DNA from: Macrostomum lignano
Taxonomy: Eukaryota
NCBI GenBank assembly: GCA_002269645.1
Contig: NIVC01001190.1
Location: 124,001 to 188,000, forward strand
DNA length: 64,000 nt
Direction: 5' to 3'
Position numbers and translations under genes: made by a program. Below are positions 10,310 to 22,652 of this stretch, piece by piece. Each line of letters begins with the position of its first letter. Position 1 is the first letter of the stretch. The notes beneath the pieces were generated by a model that saw only the letters and a list, made by a program, of their open reading frames with translations, made no database searches and was not told the DNA's origin.

Positions 10310-12822
10310 CCCAAGCAAGGCAGTACGTCGCCTCAACGTCGCTATGAAGTCGCCATTGGTCGCCATTGTCGCAGGCAAATATTGGTTGCACTGTTTTAGT
10401 CGGGGCGACGTCATCTTGCGACGTAGGTTTTTTTTCAAAAATTATTTGATATGCTATAGAAGATCTTATATCCTTACTTAAATCGGAATAACTTTTTTAT
10501 GAATTTTTAAACTAGTTGAGCTGAACTATCCTTTATTTCTACACGAAGGTTATTTGCTTGTTTGTTATACGATGGATAGTAAAATTTTCTTGATCGAAGT
10601 AGCAAAATACGAACTGTTTCTTTTGACAATAAGTTAAATTTACTGATTAATAGTGACAGAAGTAGCTAAATAATTAATTCTGCATTTGATCTCTGTACCT
10701 TGTGTGGTATAATATTGTATGACCTTATATTTATAAGATGATAGAGGTCTGTGGTCAACTGTCTTTAACGATTATTCAAATTTATCATTTTCTTTGTGCT
10801 GTCTACATCTTAACAAGCAAACCTAATTTTGCCTCAGCCTACCTACCTATAAATATTGTGTTGTGTTTTTGGCCAAACCAAAAGGCTTGTCAAATCAAGT
10901 TCATAAAGTGGAGCCTGTTCCTTAGTAACCTATGATGCTATGTACACAAATGATGTCATTCTGCTTACAATGACATTAGAAAGCTGGGTTGGAAAAAAGC
11001 AGTAAAAATTGGACTTTAAATAGGGGAAAACAAGCAAGGGGATAATAGAGACTTTATTTTATAAGCTTAAGTTGGCCTTTTATATTGTTAGGCCTTAGTT
11101 TAATAATGTAGACTATTGACTAGACCTAGGCTATCTAATAAGATTATAAGATATGATTTACAAAATAATTTATATTTATAATGACATACATGATACATAT
11201 TAATATTAAAAGTTAGGCCCTAACTTTGTTTAATCTAATCTTTGGCCAAAATTCATATTTTGAAAATTAGTCTAGTGTACTATTAATTAGGGATTTAAGA
11301 AGTTAGTTTATAGAATTTTTTTGCATTTTTTAAGCCTATACTTTTATAATGACTATGTATTGGGATTGCCATTAGCATGCCATTGATTAGGCCCTATTTT
11401 GTCTATCTATTTTAAATTGCTTTATAATTTATGCTTTGAAAACTTAACCAATTTCTATGTCTAACTTGGCTCTTAGGTAAGCCCATTATTTTTTGCCTTT
11501 TATCCTTTAATTTATTGATAGAAATAAAAAATTCTAATAAAATCTAATAAAATTATTTAATATCTAATCTTATTTTAATCTTTAATAATTATCTAATTAT
11601 CTAATAAATTAATAATTAAATTAATATAACTAACTAAAAAGGCCTATAAATCTTTATACTAAATAATAGCTACCTATAGATTATTTAAAATTGATTTTTA
11701 TAAGCTTTTATTCTATGTATTTCCTGAAAAAAAATATTCATTTTTTGTTTCTTATACAGATAATATATTTTTTATCAAATTTTGCATTGCAGATGGCATA
11801 CTTTGCCCAAGAAGTTAAATAATGTCATGCTCCCATCATGTGCACCAGATAAGGCAATTGCAGCTAATTACAGCAGAATACCAAAGAGATTAGGTCAACA
11901 CAAAGCCTGATGAACATTCATGAGCATTGAGCAGGTTCATCAGGACATCAGCAAGACAATAACTGGACAAGTGCAGGAACTTCCATTTCTATATTTCCTG
12001 ATGCATCTGAGTCCTGATGTGGAGGACCATGGCGAAGTTGGCTGCTTTCGGTTTCCCACCATTTCCTTTTAAGAATAGTGAGTATGCTTAATGCTTAAAG
12101 TCAGATATTTCAAGTTAGAAAAATGAAACTTAATTTCTTTCCTGTTGTAAAATGATAATGTTTAGCATTATAGTCCAATTGTCACTAATATAATGTACTG
12201 ATAAATTTCATTGCAGCATAATTGCTTTGTCCACAAGCTGTGCATGCAGTGCAGTTCCGTCGCCGGCTCCAGGACCTAGTTCTCTGCAGTCTGAATCGAG
12301 GGGGACTTGATGAGAAGGAAATGGTTCGATTTAAGTATAATTATGCTGCCAACATGTAAGGTTTAACTGGAAAATCTGGAGCAATTTCGTTTGACACTTT
12401 TTTATTGTCCCTTTGACCCTTCTCAGTGAGTAAAATATCTGCACTTTAAAATCATTTGTCTTTGAGTGTAACTGTGTAAAAATTACTTTTCTGATAACAA
12501 TAACTAAATAAACCAACAAAAAACCTTTTTTAAATTGAATTATATTGAATAATTTATAAATTCAATCAAGATATTTAACCAGAGCAAGGTAGCTTATTAA
12601 TCTTCGTTTAATTTCATCTATAATCTTAGTAAAAATTTATTGAATTATGATTTAGAGATTCGCACTATATTGAAGGTGCTAAGCAATCTGTAATAGATGG
12701 TCGCCGTTTGGTCGCCAGTACGTGAAATTCTTACGTCGCCGCGCGCGACAAAATGGCTGGTTTGGCGACGTTATTTTGCGACGTGTTAGCGACGTTGAGG
12801 CAACGGCATTGCTTTGACTGGG
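10310..12822. mobile_element. Non-autonomous EnSpm/CACTA (CMC)-type DNA transposon, ~2.5 kb
   Basis: Imperfect ~35-bp TIRs (cccaagcaaggcagtacgtcgcctcaacgtcgcta versus reverse complement of tagcgacgttgaggcaacggcattgctttgactggg), TT on both flanks, subterminal GTCGCC/GCGACG repeats at both ends. Confidence 0.7.
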
Positions 12823-13517
12823 TTAGTTTGTGAAAAATCGTTAACAGTATGAATTTGCGAAAAGTCGGTCAACTAACGAGGTTCATTTTTAGTATCACCC
12901 GTGTCACAACGATAAAGCGGTAAACTAGGCGTTAAACTAATCGTTAAATTTTCGTTAAATTTTTTATGTATTAACTCAGCCGCGTGTCCCACTCGTGAGG
13001 CCATTCTATCCTCGGAAAACACGGTGTAGCGCTGCATGTATTTCTGGCTTTATTTTACGTTGTATTTAATACATTTGCGCACGTATGCACCAGCCGGTTC
13101 TATAAGCAAGCCACGGGTGATATTGGTAAACAAGTGTACAATTCAAATTGCATTTTAGCTAGCTATTAAAATAAGCCTGCCTATACATAAAATTTTACCA
13201 CTTGCCAATTAGTTAGGCTTACAGATTTATTTATTGCTCTTTAGACTTTGGAATCATTTAAAATTTACATAACTATATCCATTTTTTTGTTTAGCCTAGG
13301 CAAAATGCATATTTAATAAGCTTTCTAGACTTCTAAAATCTAATAGCAACAGATAAAAATAGATGAAATAGATGAAAGTCACTATTTCACTATTTCACTA
13401 TTATCAATTAAGGGCGATTTTTACCAAGTAACGGCGATTTTCAGAAAAGAATAGCGATTTTTTTAGCAACTAAAGCCGCTTTTATCAAAAGTGAAAAGTT
13501 GAAAAGTTGCTGTCAAA

Positions 13518-13853
13518 TCACTCTGTATTTACAACCCAGTGACCAACCCAGTCGATTTTTGTGGTCCAAGCATTCTGCAACGCCTCAGTGAGCTGCTTAT
13601 TGAAGTAGATAAGTGCGTCCGACTCCCTGCGGTCCAGCGCCAGAGTGGACCTCAGATACTCCAAATCTTGAGGCGACTGGAGCTCCGGGATGCCCGAGTG
13701 TAGCATCAGGGTGAGAAACAGGGCCGCGTTCTGGCGCAGCGCCTGGTAGGCCCGGCTGCACAGAGTGGCGAACTGCGTGAACTCGCGCCGGGAAGTCAGC
13801 TCGCGCCACGTCATGGAGCCGTCCTTGTCCCGGCAGATGATGCGGACGAAGTC
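13518..13853 (-). CDS. PIK3CA-like: Terminal exon of a class I PI3K catalytic subunit (p110), kinase C-lobe; possibly pseudogenic
   Basis: DFVRIIC...EFTQFATLCSRAYQALRQNAALFLTL---MLHSGIPELQSPQDLEYLRSTLALDRRESDALIYFNKQLTEALQNAWTTKIDWVGH aligns by eye to p110alpha (QDFLIVIS...[56 protein letters not shown]...WTTKMDWIFH). Candidate acceptor cgcag at 13854; stop at 13518. Confidence 0.9.
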   Translation of the reverse strand, partial: DFVRIICRDKDGSMTWRELTSRREFTQFATLCSRAYQALRQNAALFLTLMLHSGIPELQSPQDLEYLRSTLALDRRESDALIYFNKQLTEALQNAWTTKIDWVGHWVVNTE

Positions 13854-13892
13854 CTGCGCGGGATGACGGGATGTTGATGGGATCGCCGCCTA

Positions 13893-13954
13893 TGTCTGTG
13901 TGTCTGTCTGTGTGTCTGTCTGTCTGTCTGTCTCTCTGTCTGTCTGTCTGTCTC

Positions 13955-14032
<78 letters not shown>

Positions 14033-14200
14033 ATTTATGCAATATATGTATCTATCTATCTCCTAGTCTCAATCACATCTATCTCTTAGTCTCAATCACA
14101 TCTATCTCACAGTCTCAATCACATCTATCTCTCAGTCTCAATCACATCTATCTCTCAGTCTCAATCACATCTATCTCTCAGTCTCAGTCTATCTCTCAGT
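13893..14200. repeat. (TCTG)n microsatellite followed by ~22-bp tandem repeat (tctatctctcagtctcaatcaca)
   Basis: Read directly from the sequence. Confidence 0.9.
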
Positions 14201-15950
14201 GCCGGATAAACACCCCCTTCCGACATTCGAGCAGCTGTCTGCGGAGTTTGCCGGCTCCAAGATCTTCACGAAGCTGGACCTCAACTCGTCATAGCTGCAG
14301 CTGGAACTCGCAGAAGAGTCTCGCAACCTGACGACCTTCATCACGGACGAAGGGCTCTATAGGTACACCCACGTCTGCTTCGGGATGAACAGCGCGCCGG
14401 CGGCCTTCCAGAAGGTGCTGTCGAAGGTGCTCGAGAAGGTCAAGGGAGTAGTGCACTACATCGACGACATCGTCGTGCATGCGGTGACACGGGCCGAGCA
14501 CGACAAAGCGGTGACTGCGGTCCTTGACCGGCTCAAGGAGCACAACATCACACTGAACCTGGAAAAGTGTCAGTGGGCAAGGGACAGCGTCGAGTTCCTC
14601 GGCTACGTAGTCAGCGGTGACGGACTTCGTCCAATGGCGTCCAACGTGGAGGCCATCACCAGCATCCCGTGCCCGACCAGCCAGAAGGAAGTGGCGTCGT
14701 TCCTGGGAATGGTCAAGTTCTACGGCAATTTTCTGGACAACCTGTCAACCGTGGCGGAGCCGCTGATGCAGCTGCTGCGCAAGGACGTTCCGTGGCAATG
14801 GACGGCAATTCAACAGCAGGCCTTCGACACCCTGAAGTCGATGGTCGTGTCGCCGCCATGCCTGAGGTTCTTCGACACCAAGCACCGGACTGTTGTCGCT
14901 TGTGACAGCTCGGCTACTGCGATAGGCGCAGTACTCGCCCAAGAGGATGATCAAGGCCAGTGTCGACCTGTCGCCTTCGCCTCCAGGACCCTGAATCCCG
15001 CTGAACGGAAGTACTCCGCGTCAGAGCCAGAAGCTCTGGCCTGCATCTTCGCGTGTGAACGGTGGAACTACTTCCTGTTCGGCCGAAAGTTCGAGCTCCA
15101 GACGGACCATCGAGCTCTGACTACCCTGCTCAGCGGATCAGGCATCGGGCACAGGCCGCTGCGACTCCATCGTTGGGCCGACAGACTGATGGCGTACGAC
15201 TTCGACGTCAAGTACATCGCAGGCAAGAGCAACATCGTGCCCGACTTCCTGTCCAGGTGCCACTCAGCGGAGGGGACGGTGAAGAACGATGACGAGATAG
15301 GCATTAATGCAGTGCTGCTGTCAGGAGCCCTTAGTATAGTGTCCGTGGAGCAGTTGGCAGCCGCAACCCAGGCCGACGAACTGCTTCAGCAGGTGCTCCA
15401 GAAAGTCCAAGAAGGCTGGCCTGAGTCGTCAAAGAAGCTGGCGGACTCACTGGTGCCATACTGGAGGGTACGCGACGAGCTGTCAACATGGAACAGCGGC
15501 AGCTGCCTGGCCAAGGGCACGCGCGCGGTCATTCCTCAGGCGCTGCAGGAGACTGTGCTCAACCTGGCTCACTTCGGACACATGGGCATCAGCCGGATGA
15601 AACAGCACTGCAGAGAAGCTGTCTGGTGGCCAAACTTCGACCGCGACGTCGAATCCTTCGTAAAAAATTGCGAGCCCTGCGCCGTGAGCGAGAAATCTTT
15701 CAAGCCGCCAAAGGTGCTGCTGACCCCGACAAGGTGGCCATCCCAGCCGTGGAGCGAGATACAGATCGACATCTTCGGCGAACTCACGGCACCGGCGCCC
15801 CAGACGTGCCGCTACATCCTGGTGGTACACGACCTGCACTCAAAGTGGCCAGAGTTCTCCTGCCTCTCGTCGGTCACGTCATCGCAAGTGATCAGCGTGC
15901 TGAAGTCTTTGTTCGCCAGGTGGGGACTGCCAAAGGTCATCAGGAAGGAA
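14201..15950 (+). pseudogene. Ty3/Gypsy (Mag-like) pol fragment: RT, RNase H, N-terminal half of integrase
   Basis: PLPTFEQL...KLDLNSS*LQL (TAG at 14292 replaces Tyr), FGMNSAPAAFQK, HYIDD, CDSSATAIGAVL, TDHRAL, HFGHMG, CEPC, QIDIFG; homology stops at WGLPKVIR before the second catalytic Asp. No LTRs seen. Confidence 0.93.
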
Positions 15951-16441
15951 GTTAAGGAAATTAATTATTATTTTATTTGTTATTTTTACCAGAAAATTTT
16001 TTGTCCATTTTTTCTTCCTGCCGCCTCTGCCGCCGCGTCCGCCCGTGGTGCTTACGAGTACTTGTCGTTACTCCTGAAATGTTGGTTTACCAAAAGATTA
16101 TACATTCTGTAACATAATATATGATTACATCATAATTGCTATAAGCTAAAGCTGATGTCTTGCTAATTGGGAGTCTGCTTTTGGGGTTTGTTTGCCTCAT
16201 AAAAAAAGAAACACAAACTGAATATGTCAGTTTCAAGGTGCCGGGTTGAATCACTCATAATGACCAATGGGTTTGTATTTTGCGTTTTTTTCGAAAGTCC
16301 GGTACCCTGAGCCAATCGGAGAGACTGACAAGTATGGACTTTCCGCAAGGCACGCGTTGCCCCCCCCCTCCCCCAGAGACCTGCGAGAATGCCAGAAAAC
16401 AACTCGTAGTTGCACAGCGCGTATTTAAGTTGCGGGTTTAC

Positions 16442-16722
16442 CTTGCGCTTCCGATTGGCAGCCCGGGCCTCCCTCGCCGGCTGCGTTTGCAGCCGTCGCT
16501 TCTCCTTCTGCGTCAGCGGCGGCGGCGGCGGCGGCGGGGGTGTCGGCGGCGGTGGCGGAGATGTCGGCGGCGGCGGCGGGGGTGTCGGCGGCGGCAGCGA
16601 AGGTGTCGGCGGCGGTGGCGGAGATGTCGGCGGCGGTGGCGGAGATGTCGGCGGCGGCGGCGGAGGTGTCGGCAGTGGCGATATCGGCGGTGGCAGCGGC
16701 TCTATCGTCGCCTCTTGCGAAG
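16442..16722 (-). CDS. Candidate exon 4 (Pro-rich, basic C-terminus) of an unknown minus-strand gene
   Basis: Acceptor ttttctatcaatttcag (AG at 16724-16723), donor aag|gtaaac; 281 nt open reading SQEATIEPLPPP...LTQKEKRRLQTQPAREARAANRKRK; phase 1 in, phase 0 out. Confidence 0.4.
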
Positions 16723-16980
16723 CTGAAATTGATAGAAAACGTAAGTGACTTGGATATTTGAAAAGGCAACCATTGCTAAAAGTGTGCTTTAAAGAATGCT
16801 CAGATAAAAAAGCAAGCCGAAAACCGAAGGCAAAGCAAAAGTGACACACTTCACTTTTAGCTTTCTTTAAATGAAGAATTGAGCTCGCTTCGCTTACTAA
16901 GCCCCATCCGGTATAGTAAGACAATCACAAAGCGAATGAATCTCGCCAAATGCGAGCAAAATACAGTTAAGGTTACTAAC

Positions 16981-17232
16981 AATTCCGCCGTTGTCGCCGA
17001 AAGACCGGCGATTCCTCGCCTGCTGCTGCTGCTGCTGCGGCTGGTGCTGCTGCGGCTGGTGCTGCTACTGCTGCTGCTGTTGCTGCTGCTGCTGCGGCTG
17101 GTGCTGCTGCGGCTGGTGCTGCTGCGGCTGGTGCTGCTGCGGCTGGTGCTGCTGCGGCTGGTGCTGCTGCGGCTGGTGCTGCTGCTGCTCCGGCGCCGGC
17201 GGTCGCGGCGGCAGTGTGCAACAGTGCTTGAG
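16981..17232 (-). CDS. Candidate exon 3 (Ala/Pro repeat) of the same gene model
   Basis: Acceptor attttttag (17234-17233), donor t|gttagt (16980); 252 nt, phase 1-1, open reading QALLHTAAATAGAG(AAAAP)n...GEESPVFRRQRRN. Confidence 0.35.
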
Positions 17233-17423
17233 CTAAAAAATATGAATTTAGTTCATATGTTCATAATGTTATAATGTTCATAAATTTAGAATGTCATAGC
17301 ACGGGAACCAAGGGAAATGGCATCGTGATTCCGAGGAAAGTGGAATTTTATTTTATTTAGTAAAGAGCGCTAATTGACAATTACTTGGAAATCGAAAATA
17401 TTTGTACAAATTTTAGTTTCTTA

Positions 17424-19992
17424 CTAGCCATTAGCCCCCTCCGGGTGGCTTCTTAGCAGTTTAGGGCTTGTCTATAAGCAGTTTTGCACAGTCGCTGAGC
17501 AAGTCTCACTAATCTCCGAGCAGTTCTGCAGTAGCAAATTTCTAAGCAGTTTCACACCAATTTTACTGAGACTAAAAAGTTCTAAAAAGTTACATTTCCT
17601 AATGTTTGAAACTGCAATGTCAATTCATTTATAGTTCTTTTATGATTATTCATTATTTTTAAATCCTCACCAGATTAGCACTATTCTCCCACATTAGCCA
17701 TACACCCCCAGATTAGCCCCACTTCCCCCAGATTAGCACTACTCCCCCCATATTAGCCGCACACCCCCAGATTAGCCCCACTTCCCCCAGATTAGCACTA
17801 CGTCCAGATTAGCACTCAGCCCAGATTAGCACTCAGCCCAACTCAGCCCAGATTAGCACTCAGCCCAGATTAGCACTCAGCCCAACTCAGCCCAGATTAG
17901 CACTTAGCCCAGATTAGCACTCAGCCCGATTAGCACTCAGCCTAGATTAGCACTCAGCCCAGATTAGCACTCAGCCTAGATTAGCACTCAGCCCAGATTA
18001 GCACTCAGCCTAGATTAGCACTCAGCCCAGATTAGCACTCAGCCTAGATTAGCACTCAGCCCAGATTAGCACTTAGCCTAGATTAGCACTAAGCCCAGAT
18101 TAGCACTCAGCCTAGATTAGCACTCAGCCCAGATTAGCACTTAGCCTAGATTAGCACTCAGCCCAGATTAGCACTCAGCCCAGATTAGCACTCAGCCCAG
18201 ATTAGCACTCAGCCTAGATTAGCACTCAGCCTAGATTAGCACCGCTCCACAGATTACCGCCGCTTCCCAGATAGTTTCACCTTCCCTGATTAGCACTACT
18301 TCTCCAGATTTGCACCTAGCACTCAGCCCAGATTAGCACTCAGCCCAGATTAGCACTCAGCCCAGATTAGCACTCAGCCTAGATTAGCACTAAGCCCAGA
18401 TTAGCACTCAGCCTAGATTAGCACTCAGCCCAGATTAGCACTTAGCCTAGATTAGCACTCAGCCCAGATTAGCACTCAGCCCAGATTAGCACTCAGCCCA
18501 GATTAGCACTCAGCCCAGATTAGCACTCAGCCCAGATTAGCACTCAGCCTAGATTAGCACCGCTCCACAGATTACCGCCGCTTCCCAGATAGTTTCACCT
18601 TCCCAGATTAGCACTACTTCTCCAGATTTGCACCACTCCGCAAAAATTCGCACCGCTACTTCCTCCAGATTAGCCCCCCCCACTCCTATATATTAGCCCC
18701 ACTCCCTTAGATTAGCACCGCTCCCCAGATTAGCACCACTCCCAAACTGCTAAAAGGTGACTACTCTTATCGCCTCAGAAGTTTAAAGTTAAACCCTCCC
18801 CAGAAATTGGCAGTTATCCCCACAACAACCTGAAATTATCCCTTCTAATTCCGCAAAACAGACTGCAGTCATACAGCTCATTTGCACTCTACAACTTTTA
18901 TTATTATTATTCATTTATCCCTCAGAGACCCAGAATTGTCCCTTCTGCAAGCTACAATTATTCACACTTAAAATATCCGCCTCAGAAGTCTGCCATTATT
19001 ATCCTAGCAGTCTGCAGCTATCCACTCGGCAGTTTGCAGCTTATACGCTCATAAGTCTCGAGAAACTAACCAACGTCAGCAGTTTATAGTTTGTCCCCTT
19101 TGCAGTCTGCAATGATCCCTTCAACAATCTGCAGTTCCCCTCAGTAGTCTGCAGTCAATTCATTTGCAGTCAGCAAGTGTTTCCTTAATAATTCTCATTT
19201 ATCCCCTCAGCAGTCTGCAGTTCTCTCAGCTGGCCCCTCAGTATTCTCAGCAAACTGCAATGATCTTTTCAATGATTTAAAAATTTGCTCAGCATTTACG
19301 ACGGCGCACTAATCGATTTTCGATACATATCGGCAATCTTTTGCACCACTCAGCATTTAGCAATACCTCAGCAGTTTAGCAGCATCGTCTGCAGTTTAGT
19401 AATTTAATCCCCTGCAGTTTAGTAATATCTACTTCTAGCTCGTATAGACCTACGAGCGTAGATAATAACAATTAATGGGATCTTAGGATTTTACAAATCA
19501 AATCAAATTTGCTTACTGGCTTGTGCGAGTAGCAAAAAATTATTCTAAAAATGTTCAAAATAGTCGAGGCAGAAGCTACTAATGAATGAACTTATTTAAT
19601 TTTAATTATCCGCTGGGGAGGCGGACTCGAACCTTGGACCTTATGCCTAGCCTAAACCTAGTCCTGGTGCCTACACTGCGGCTATTCCGCCTACTGATCG
19701 GAGGGCGCAAAAATCAGCCATATATGCTTCGGCACTGCAGTCAAATACATAGCAGTGATAGGCTGCTCAGTGTGCACAGGTTGTATGCAGGCAGAGCCAA
19801 TGCACAGTTGAGTGAAATCTATTAATAGCAATTGTCTATGCAGTCCGCCAGTCAGCCAGGGTCAGAATGTACACACGCAGCCACTCAGCATTATTTTCCT
19901 CTCCCTTATTGCAGCCAGTATTGAGGCGTACACAGTGAACAGAGAAAAGTTGTGGCGCAATCTTAATTGGAATTGAAATTCAGTTAGTGAGA
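17424..19992 (-). mobile_element. Non-autonomous Helitron-type element (copy 1)
   Basis: Minus-strand 3' end gccacccggagggggc hairpin + taatggCTAG|T at 17424; internal A|TC start at 19462; shares blocks with 19993-22652 and, inverted, with 60260-61218. Confidence 0.65.
17810..18560. repeat. 17-bp minisatellite (CAGATTAGCACTCAGCC)n inside the Helitron-type element
   Basis: Read directly; reverse-complement array at 60260-60850. Confidence 0.95.
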
Positions 19993-22652
19993 CTAGCCAT
20001 TTAGCCCCCCGCCGGGGGGCCTTAAAATTGACACCAAGTGGTTTTTATTTAGACCCAAGAATAACCATTAATTTCAATTTCCATTAATCAAAAGTTACAT
20101 TTTTTCGCTTACTGGCAAAAATAAATTGCCATGAATGAAAACTTTCACCAGCCTATAATGTTTCCTTCATCAGCCTAAAACCCTTTTTCAATCAGCAAAT
20201 AGTGCTTATCCTTTTAAGCACAAACTCTTAGTGCATATCTTCATTGGCTTGGGCATATTCTGGTCTGCAGCAGGAGCTCAATATGCCAATCCCTGATTTC
20301 CTTTATTTCCTATTAGCAGAAATAGGCATTATTTTTGTTTACTATTCCATCATCAAATTGAATGATCTACTTGAGCCGTACAACTTGAAGATCTGACAAT
20401 CGCTCAACAACCTAACCCCCTCCCCCCTAAAATTCAGCCACCCCCAATGAGCCTTGATATCTCAACAATTCAGCCATCCCCCATGAGCCTTGACATCTGA
20501 GAAATTCCCTCAGTCAGCATCGACATCAGCAATTAAACTCGAGCCTTGACATCTACGCAATTCTCCCAGGCCAGTAAGCCTTGACATCTCGGAAATTCCT
20601 CCAGTAAGCCTTGAAATCTCAGTAATTCCCCCAGTAAGCCTTGACATCTGAGCATTTCCCCGTGAGCCTTGAAATCTCAGAAATTACCCCAAAAAGCCAT
20701 CAAATCTTAGCAATTCTCCCAATAAGCCTTGACATTCAGAAATTCCCCCAATAAGCCTTGGCATCTCAGTAATTCTCTCAATAAGCCTTGAAATCTTGAC
20801 ATCTCAAGAATTCCCTTAGTAAGCCTTGACATCTCAGAAATTCCCATGAGCCTTGAAATTTTCAGAAATTAGCCCAAAAAAGCCATGACATCTCAGCAAT
20901 TCAACCAATAAGCCTGGACTGAGTCTCCACAACAACCTGAAATTATCCCTTCTAATCCCAAAAAACAGACTTCAGTCATACTCTAGCGACCTAGAATTGT
21001 GCCCACAGCAAACAATAATTTACTCAGCAGTCCACAGTACGAGCGTAATCCACAGTTACCACCTCAGCAGTTTGCAGCCATACGCTCATAAGTCTGGAGA
21101 AAAGATCATATCATTGCTTCTGAATATGGTCTGGAGGAACTCCGTCTGCACATCTCACATCTTTACATCTATGATATGATCGTTCAGACGATATGATCTA
21201 TATGTCTGGAAGAACTACCTTAGCAGTTTGCAGTTTGTCCCCTTTGCAGTCTGCATGAATGATCCTTTTGACAATCTGCAGTTCTCCTGTTGGCCAGCTT
21301 CTCAGTCTCCTGCTTAGCAAGCTGCAATGATATTTTCTACAATAAAAATTTGCTAACAATTTAGTACGGTTCACTAATCGGTTCACTACTTTTCGATACA
21401 TATCGGCAGTCTTTGCACAAATCAGCATTAAGCAATACGTTCATTCCTAAATAGCAAGCATCCCCCAAAAGAAAGCAATTGCAGCATTTCCCCCCTTCAG
21501 CCTTGTAATCTCAACACTTCCCCTCATAAGCCTTTGAAACCTCAATTCAAGCAATTCTTCCAGTAAGACATGGCATATCAGCAATGCTCCATGGGCCTTA
21601 AAATCTCAGAAATTGCCCCAAAAAGCCATTACATCTTAGCAATTCCTGAGATATTCCCACAACAACCCTTCTAATCCTACAAAACAGACTGCAGTCATTA
21701 TCTTAGCAGCTTGGAGTTATCCCCTTGCAGTCTATAACAATTATTAAGCATTTATCTCCTCAGCAGCCTAGAACTGTCCCCTCAGCAAACAACAGCTCAG
21801 AAGTCTACCAATCCTCCAAGCAGTCCCCCTCAGCAGTTTGCAGCTATAGCCTTATAAGTCTTGAAGAACTACCTAAGCAGTTTTCAGTTTGTCCCCTCTG
21901 CAGTCTGCATGAATGATCTTTTCGCCAATCTGCAGTTCCCCTTAGCAGTCTGCAGTTCTCCTCTCGGTGGGCTCCTCAGTATATTTAGCAAACTGAAATA
22001 AAGGATCCTTTCAAGAATCTTAATTTTTTCTCAGCATTTAGCAGCTTAGCAATTTCATACTTTCATGGAGCTGGTAGGCAATACCCATTGATGCGACAAG
22101 TAATGCTCAAAGCAGTTTTTTTACAAATCAAATTTGCTTAGTCAATTTGAATAATTTTGTATATGCAAAAATTATTCATTAAGTGTGCCTTGCGAATTCA
22201 ACAAAAATATTCCAATTAGTTGAGGGGAAGCTATAAATGAATGAATGAATTAATTTAATTTTAATCATCCACCAAGGAGGCAGAGTCGAACCTTGGACCT
22301 TACGCCTAGCCTAAACCTAGTCCTAGTGCCTACACTGCGGCTACTCCGCTTTCTAATTGGAGGGCGCGAAAATCAGCCATATATGCTTTGGCAATGCAGT
22401 CAAATACATAGCAGTGATAGGCTGTTCAGTGTGCACAGGTTGTATGCAGGCAGAGCCAATCCACAGTTGAGTGAAATCTATAAATAGCAATTCTCTATGC
22501 AGTCTGCCAATCAGCCAGGGTCAGAATGTACACACGCAGCCACTGAGCATTCTCCTCCCCCTTGCACACTGCAGCCAGTATTGGGGCCTACACAGTGAAT
22601 AGAGAAAAGTTGTGGCGCAATCTTAATTGGAATTGCTATTCAGTTAGTGAGA
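19993..22652 (-). mobile_element. Non-autonomous Helitron-type element (copy 2)
   Basis: Perfect hairpin gccccccgccggggggc (20004-20020) upstream of CTAG (19996-19993); A|TC at 22653/22652; internal degenerate gagccttgacatctcag repeats (20450-20915); 19480-19992 is repeated at 22115-22652. Confidence 0.65.

Noticed and set aside
13560-13590. Leu at the position of p110alpha His1047 (the oncogenic H1047L change)
   Set aside because: p110beta and p110delta naturally have Leu here (EALRESW), so it is not evidence of activation.
16280-16769. Plus-strand Gly-rich exon ending at a gtaagt donor (16741)
   Set aside because: The minus strand has both an acceptor and a donor with phases matching neighbouring exons; the plus-strand reading lacks a clear acceptor. 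Not fully excluded.
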